Source: Chrysochromulina tobinii
Lineage: Eukaryota
DNA: 45,360 bases
Direction of reading: 5' to 3'
NCBI GenBank assembly: GCA_001275005.1
Contig: JWZX01002518.1
Coordinates: 1 to 45,360, forward strand
The notes under the pieces were generated by a model that was given only the letters and a program-made list of their open reading frames with translations, was not told where the DNA came from and made no database searches. Each line of letters starts with the position of its first letter. Position 1 is the stretch's first letter. The position numbers and the translations under genes are program-made. This document shows positions 38,901-45,360 of the stretch, piece by piece.

Positions 38901-41216
38901 GCGCTTGCAACCGTGCTCAAGGGTGCCGACGTCGATGAAGCCAAGCGCATCCTCGCTGCACTTAAGGATGCGCAGCGCTCCTTCCGCGGCGCCTTCGACC
39001 AGACTTCCGGCGGCGCCAAGACGAATGCGCTCTGGATCGACAACCCGCAGTACAAACTCACGATCGGCACGCCGCCGCCGCAGACTGTGAGCGTCTCGCT
39101 CGACCGCGATGGCGCGGCCGAGTACGTGGATTACGCCGTGCACGTTGTGAGCGTGCCGGCGGGCGGCGATCAGGTGGGTGAGGCGTGCGAAGTCGTGATG
39201 GAGTCGGCGTACAATGCCGAGACGAAGACGCTCAAGTTCGCAGTGACGGCCGAGGCAACGTACTTCATCGTGTGCTCGGCCAAGGAGGCGCACATGGCTG
39301 GTGGCTTCGTGCTGACGACCATCGGCGTCGGCAAGTATACGCTCAAACAGGTAAGCCTCTGAGAACCGCTGATGACCGCTGATGACCTCTCCGAGGAGCA
39401 TGCATGTGCTCACCACGGCGCGCGCCCGGATACGCTCGAACAGGTGAGCCTCTTGCAGATCGAAATCAAGGCGGCAATGAACGCCAAGGCCTTCGAGGAC
39501 TTGCCGAAACTCATCGCGCGGGGCGTGTGTGAGAAGGCCAACATCCCGAATCACCCGGAGCTCGTGAAGGCCAAGCTCATCGGAAACATTGAAAAAGGAT
39601 GGCAGGAGAAGGACGCAGAGTTCATGGGCAATGCGCTCGGGGCCGCCAAGAACGCCAAAGTCGACAAGGCCGTGCTCAAGATATACTGTATGCGGTACAA
39701 ACAGCTCTCGATGCAAGTTCGCTTGCACAAGGCCCTCGAGAACAAGGACACGGCCTTCCTCCTGGCCGGAGTGGAGATGGCCAAACTCATCAATTACACG
39801 GGCAAGCACTGGAAGGAGGCGCAGGCTATCACCAAGAAGCACAAATTCCACAAGTCGATCGCCTCCATCTTCCTCGACGAGAACGCCGCCGGCGCGCGCA
39901 AGTTTGGCTCCTGGCGCGACAACCCCGCGTGGAAGCTCACGGCGACGGCGAAGACGATGGTGTACATTGCCATCAACGAGGACGGCAAGCTCGACGAGGC
40001 GACGGAGGTGCGCCTCCAAAAAAAGCAGCGAAAGTCGGACCTCAAATTCGCGGCAGCACGCGACAAGGTGGCGTCGACGCAGGCCGCGTCGGATGCAGAG
40101 GAGAAGAACGAGGAGCTCAAAGCGGCGGCCATGGACGCGATGCGCGTCTTCACAGAGATGGATCAGAGGCGCAGGATAAAGAAGCAAAAGATTGACGATG
40201 GCGATGAGGATGCCTTCACCCAAGTTGGCGTGCACGTTGTCAAGAACACACGCCTCTCCGCCTTTCCTGGCGTGACCGCCGGCTACGTGGACATCGCGAG
40301 CTGTAACGAGTACGGCGATGACCAGGCCTGGCTGAGCTTCGAGTACGACCCGGAGATGGGCCCGCTCTTTGTCGTGGCTTCGACGTTCACACCAGGCGAA
40401 GAAGGCATCTTCACAATGTCCTTCATGGCCGACGCTGAGCTCACCCTCGAAGAGGTGCCCGACTTTGAGGGTAACTCGTACAGGTTTAAGGGAGAATGGT
40501 CGACCGCCAACCAGGGCCCGCGCTCCAAGAAGAATGGCGACAAGGAGACGGGCGCCAAGTTCGCCCCCGAGAAGACGTGGAACAAGAATCCGCAGTACCG
40601 CGTGTGGCTCAGGGACCCGGACACGGGCGCGGCGCTCGACTCGGCCACGCTCTCCATTGTACTCTCAACTCCGATCGAAGGCGCAGAGATGGGCTTGCAC
40701 ATCATGCGCAACGCATACTGCCGTACGCCGCCAGCACTCGAGCCCGCCGCCGTTGGGGCCCTGGCACGCCTTGCAAGCACCCATATTAGGCCGTCCTCGA
40801 GCCCGCCGCCGTTGGGCCCTGGCACGCCTTGCGCCTGCATACGCCTGCACATGCCTGGACTGCGTATGCCTTGTTCCCGCTTGCCGACTGCTCACTCAAT
40901 ACGCCACGCTCGATGCCCGGCGTTCGCAGAGTTTTATAATGAGAAAATCGAGATTCTGGCGGATCGGTACCAAAGGATGGTGGGCAAGACCGACATGCAC
41001 GTGGGCTTCTCCGACGGAATGGCGCCGGAGATCGCGTTCGACGTAACTCTCGACGCCCTATTTGAGGTGAAGAAGAACGGCTGCGAGGAGGGCTTCCCCT
41101 TCTTCATCGTCCCCTCGCTCATGGACAAGAAGATGGCGGGTCCCTTTCTGATTCAAATAATCTCGGATAAGAAGATCGTCATCCAGGTACTCGATGACGA
41201 CGCGCGTAAGCTTTAG
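35916..41216 (+). CDS. Large protein with EF-hand-like motifs and four calpain domain-III (C2-like) repeats, no protease core seen. Exons 35916..39350, 39444..40722, 40930..41216.
   Basis: TAGG...WLVNPQF, TSGG...WIDNPQY, AAGA...WRDNPAW and W...WNKNPQY, each followed by a (Y/F)xxVxST-like and GxFxL-like motif. EF-like DTDHSKMLDEEEL and DPDHSGEVELSEL. GT-AG introns 39351..39443 and 40723..40929. Confidence 0.75.
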
Positions 41217-41398
41217 TTTTGTGTGGGAAGCCGTCCGTTGAGACTGCGGTGTGGTGAGCGCTGGGGGGACCGCGAGGTGTGAGAAGCACAAAGAAGACGC
41301 CCGTCATTCATGCTTGGAGTAGGTGTACTCGTAGGAATACGCCATAGATAGCATACAGTGTACAGTTCCAACAGTATAGACAGTGAGGTGGTACACAT

Positions 41399-43009
41399 AT
41401 GGCGATCCGTGGTCCATCGCTGGCCTCGGCGCCGACGCCGACTGGACGATGCAATCATCGAAAGTGTACATCTGCGTGCCGCCGAGGTACAGTTTCAAGT
41501 ATCCGTCATCCTAATTTGGTAACCCCCGGACCAAAGCACATCACACGAGGGTGTCCACTGGGTCGTGGCATGCCGAGAGGAGGGCGAACTTACGACGTGA
41601 ACGTGAGCCAGCTGAGTTGCCTGCCCAGCTGCGCCAATTGTAGCCCAGTAACGTTTGCTGCTTGCGGGCATTGCAGCCTCCGCTACCCCGACGTGACACG
41701 CCATCAGCTCGAGCTGTCCCGTGCCCGTGGCCTCGTGCGCGCGATCTTGGAGCCTGGGTTTTGCCAGTGCGAGATGTTGCAGCACCTTGCTGGGCAATGG
41801 GTGCTGTTCATGGGTGACAGCACGCATCGGCACGTATATGAGGGCGCATGGCGCGTGATCGGGCATCGCGGCTTCAACCTCTCCGTCGTCCGTCCGCACG
41901 TCGATGGAATAGGCGTGCGGGACCGCGACTTGCAGAAGGACAAAGACACCGTCTTCGAGTGGCTACCCAACCATCGGTGCCGCTCCGTCATGCGTGATCC
42001 AAACGCAACTTTGAGTCCGCTGCTGCTCTCGTTTCGCTTCATGCGAGGTCTCGACTTGCACAAGCTCGATCACGTGCTCGCCAACTTTCGCCAACGGTTC
42101 CATTACCCCGAGTGGCGCCAACGCTCTCCAAAAAACCCGACACTCATGCTCCTGTCGAGCGATGCCTTTGACGCACACCCCGTGACGCGTCGCCATTTTG
42201 AGAATCGGAGCGCGCCGGCCGTCATCATCTTCAATGCGTGTGCATGGGATTTGCCGCACATCAACAAAAGTGAGTACTACTTTGGCTTCTCGAGCCCAGA
42301 GCACTGCCACTCTCCGCCGGCCGAGCGTGCATTCGTCTACCTGGAGGAACTTCGCAACGGAACCTACTTGAAAGGCAACAGGACGGTCAAGGTAATGGGC
42401 GTCCCCTGCGTCCCGGATAGCAACCGCCTCTCCGATGACGCGATCTATGCGGGCTTTGAAGCGAAATTGCGTGCAGCAATGCTGAAGCTGCGCGCAAGCT
42501 TCAAGGGCAGGCTCGTGCTGCGCAGTTGTCACGCAGGGACGCGGGACCTACGCCGCTATGGACTCACGGTTGCGGACCGTCAGCTCGAGTCGCTCTTTCG
42601 AATGGATGCCATCGTGCGGCGCGTCGCTGCCCAGATGTGCATCGAGCTGCTCGACGTGATGGCGCTCGATGCGGCCGCCGGCTGGCACGAACACAATTAC
42701 AGCGAAACCTTTCACGTGCCGCAGCAGGCGGCGGATGCGGCGGGGCTTGCTGCCCTCCGGATGCTGATGGCGGAGCCGGAAGATTCGACAGGCGGCTTAG
42801 CAGCTGCACAGGCAGCATCCGCCGCACAGCGCAACGCCGCGCTGTGCGTAAGCCACGAGCTGCACAACCAGATCGTTGACCGCAGGACCACGTGGTGCAG
42901 AGGCGCTCTTGAGCAAAACCCTCATAAAAAGTGTGACCCATCGGGCCGAGCTGGTACAATGGCGCTGTTTACTACGAGTGCGCCAGAAAAAACCGAGACA
43001 AACCGCTAG
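41399..43009 (+). CDS. PC-esterase / SGNH-like acyl-esterase or acyltransferase family protein
   Basis: WVLFMGDSTHR (GDS nucleophile motif), VIIFNACAWD and LLDV...ETFH (DxxH-like His). The ORF-track start is not ATG, so the 5' end is uncertain. Confidence 0.6.
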   Translation: MAIRGPSLASAPTPTGRCNHRKCTSACRRGTVSSIRHPNLVTPGPKHITRGCPLGRGMPRGGRTYDVNVSQLSCLPSCANCSPVTFAACGHCSLRYPDVTRHQLELSRARGLVRAILEPGFCQCEMLQHLAGQWVLFMGDSTHRHVYEGAWRVIGHRGFNLSVVRPHVDGIGVRDRDLQKDKDTVFEWLPNHRCRSVMRDPNATLSPLLLSFRFMRGLDLHKLDHVLANFRQRFHYPEWRQRSPKNPTLMLLSSDAFDAHPVTRRHFENRSAPAVIIFNACAWDLPHINKSEYYFGFSSPEHCHSPPAERAFVYLEELRNGTYLKGNRTVKVMGVPCVPDSNRLSDDAIYAGFEAKLRAAMLKLRASFKGRLVLRSCHAGTRDLRRYGLTVADRQLESLFRMDAIVRRVAAQMCIELLDVMALDAAAGWHEHNYSETFHVPQQAADAAGLAALRMLMAEPEDSTGGLAAAQAASAAQRNAALCVSHELHNQIVDRRTTWCRGALEQNPHKKCDPSGRAGTMALFTTSAPEKTETNR

Positions 43010-43322
43010 AACCGAAGAGTATCAGTATGATCGTAATTGATATGTTGTCATGTATGTTGTAGTCGAGTAGATCACCGCCACACCGGTATGGGCAATGGGT
43101 ATGGGATCATCCTTGTTGACTACAGTCGCTGTACGGACCCAGATAGGTCTCGGTTTTCATGACAGAGTAATAACATCAACGTAAAAGGAGACTCGGGGCA
43201 CTTTGAGATGTGACGCCTCGGGTCCGACTCGGGAGGTTACGAATCTTTCAACCTCGCGAGCGTGGCCGATGGAGCTTGGTCAGGAAAGCTTCTCGCCTCG
43301 ACGCCGCGTAACGCGGTCACTT

Positions 43323-44144
43323 TCATGCTCTTTTCACGTCCAGCAGGATGACTTCGTCATTCGAGCCTTGCGCCGCCGAATCGTCCCCCCAGTTTAGTGG
43401 CGCCACTCGCAGACCGCTGGCGCTTGCGACGGAGCAAAAGTGCACCAGATCGTCCCTCATGTCGCCGCTGGCAAAGAATGTGCGGCGCTGATGAGCGACG
43501 ACGACGTGAGGAGGCAGGGACCGCGGGGTGCCCGGCGACGGATCCAGGAGCCATCGTATCGACTTGCAGAGCGCGCGATGGGCTCCGCGAGAGTAGGTGC
43601 AGTCGCAGGCGAGCACTAGGTCGACACGAGGCGCGATCTTCGCCTCGAGGCCCTCGCCCCATCGGTGCTCGATGACGTGTACGCGCGCCGCACTTGCGAT
43701 TAGCGCTCGATTCCTCTCCAAATTCTCCTTGGCCGCGCTCAGGACGCCTTGGCCGCCACCATCTGTGAGGGTCACGTCGGCAGCGCCGAGTGCCGCGGCG
43801 TAAAGGCCAACCGCACCCGTGCCACTACCCAGCTCGTACACAGATTTACCTGCGAGCGATTGGCCGCGCAGCCAGCGGCAAACCTTGGCCGCCGCAGGCC
43901 ACAGCTTGCCTCCCAGCCCTACACTATCGGCATTCTTGAGGCCGCGAGACCGGATGCTTAGGGACTTGCCGTTCGGGAGCGGCGGCATCTCCTTGAGGTG
44001 CTGCCGATTCGAGCGAGCCTCCCTTTTGGCGCGGCGCTCGCGGCGTTCTCGGCGCATGGCGAGGTGCGAGCAGTGGCGGTAGATGCCGCACGGCGCGTGC
44101 GCGCGCAGCGCGCGGCTGGCCTTCGTCGCCATCCTTACCGCCAT
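43323..44144 (-). CDS. Seven-beta-strand protein methyltransferase (family 16 / METTL21-like)
   Basis: GGKLWPAA, VYELGSGTGAVGL (motif I), TLTD and DLVLACDCTY (DxxY). Confidence 0.85.
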   Translation of the reverse strand: MAVRMATKASRALRAHAPCGIYRHCSHLAMRRERRERRAKREARSNRQHLKEMPPLPNGKSLSIRSRGLKNADSVGLGGKLWPAAAKVCRWLRGQSLAGKSVYELGSGTGAVGLYAAALGAADVTLTDGGGQGVLSAAKENLERNRALIASAARVHVIEHRWGEGLEAKIAPRVDLVLACDCTYSRGAHRALCKSIRWLLDPSPGTPRSLPPHVVVAHQRRTFFASGDMRDDLVHFCSVASASGLRVAPLNWGDDSAAQGSNDEVILLDVKRA

Positions 44145-44421
44145 TTGCTCGCGTACCGGGAACCGGGTTTACATGAATGTCAAGACCAGACAAAAAAGGA
44201 CAACTTCGTTCCAGATGTGTGAACGTGCATGCATGTGCTGTAACACGACACACGCGAGAGAGTGTCGTGTTAACGTTCACACACACGCTGAGGGACCATG
44301 CGGGTTTTCGCTTCAGTTCTCGTCTCCACTTTGACCACAGGGAGCTCTCGGCGAGGAGAGAAAAGACCAAGGCGCGTAAAAGATGCGTGCCCGAGTTTCC
44401 CTACCATCCTCAGCCGATGGA

Positions 44422-45360
44422 ATGTATCAATTCGTGGGCCTCGGCTACTGCGCATTGACCTCCAGCATCCCATCATCCTGCCGTGATGATGATAAAGGAT
44501 CATGGCCGCTGCCACCTCTTGCGAGCAGCACTAATGCAGCCGCAGAACTAGCATGCAGTACGATGTGTGCGCAGTGTGCCAACTGCCACTACATATCTTA
44601 TTCTCTTCGTGCTCAGGAGTGCTCGTGGTTTGCCTCGTGCGGCCATCTGAAAACCGACGTCAATGGGTTCAGCACCATTCGTGTGGTGAAAGGCGGCCAG
44701 AGCCGTTCAGCGTTCGTGGCAGTCTCGTCACCGTCGCCAGCACCGTCCAAGCGAGCTGCTGCGGACCATGAGGCTTTCGGCTCGTTCCTCGGGAAGGTTT
44801 CGGCCGGTGCTCCCGGCTACTGCGAGGCGACCGAGTTCCATGGGGAGTACTGGCATGATCGTGCCTGCGAGTGTACGCAGAATGGTGCGTGGCTTCTGCC
44901 CTTGGAGGAGCTTCGTCAACTTCCAGACGACGGAAGGCTGCGAGAGTGGGCCTCGGCGTGGTGCCTGCGCCAGTGCGAGACGTGCGCTAACTGCCGTTTC
45001 GTCAGCGTCAGCGTCAATGACGGCGACTGCAGCTGGTTTTCAACCTGCCCGGGCTTGCACGCTGATCGTCAGTGGCTGAAAGGGAATGCGAGCACGGACT
45101 TCGTCACTCACCGCCTCCAAGTGCGAGCGAGCGAGCGAGGCACGAGCAGGCCACCGGCACTGCCTGGAATGTGATGCTGGCGCTCACGGCAGCCTTCGGT
45201 GGGCACGCAGGCGGACCCACCACCCCCCGCGCGCAGCCTCGACTCTACGCATCCTACGAGGGCGAAGGCGACGGCGAGGCCGGGTTTCTGGACGCGCAGG
45301 CCCTCGAGCCACCGCGTATGCTCGAAGGCTACTCGGCCTCGCCGCTCTACGCCTCCAACG
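44422..45360 (+). CDS. Protein with two Cys-rich PAN/apple-like modules, probably spliced and running past the window end
   Basis: GYCALT..C..GSW...CSTMCAQCANCHYISYS...ECSWFASC and GYCEAT..C..GAW...CLRQCETCANCRFVSVS...DCSWFSTC. The ORF stops at 45174, but a possible intron 45121..45236 continues into PRLYASYEGEG. 5' end uncertain. Confidence 0.55.

Noticed and set aside
39351..39443. In-frame TGA at 39360-39362 as selenocysteine or a pseudogene lesion
   Set aside because: It falls inside a canonical GT-AG intron whose removal restores the frame.
40737..40832. ~37-bp direct repeat within the last intron of the calpain-III gene as a mobile element
   Set aside because: Simple local duplication with no inverted repeats, no exon copy and no shared motif.

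Overview
GC-rich, gene-dense eukaryotic nuclear DNA, most consistent with a haptophyte (prymnesiophyte) alga. The evidence is bipartite plastid-targeting presequences, a chlorophyll a/c-type LHC, an AP2 domain and short GT-AG introns, several carrying 10-11-nt repeats. About 19 protein-coding genes can be supported. Recognisable ones are betaine/aminoaldehyde dehydrogenase, PsbW, a rhodanese protein, a DUF1995 protein, an LHC, eL37, topoisomerase IB, a KCNH/CNBD-type K+ channel, succinyl-CoA ligase beta, a PC-esterase/SGNH-like protein and a METTL21-like methyltransferase. Unusual architectures include SAP-SAP-UIM-HNH-like, C2H2-like-AP2-DnaJ, and EF-hand plus four calpain-III domains with no protease core. 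The most striking signal is not a protein. At six or more loci, introns or insertions are built from direct-repeat copies of the adjacent exon sequence, often interleaved with one shared CTGATKRC / CCCTCATCA(A)G repeat family. This suggests a duplication-plus-repeat route of intron birth. There is also a 66-bp MITE-like element and an eL37 with a replaced N-terminus. No rRNA, tRNA or CRISPR array was found. All splice models and domain calls are by eye and have no transcript or database support.
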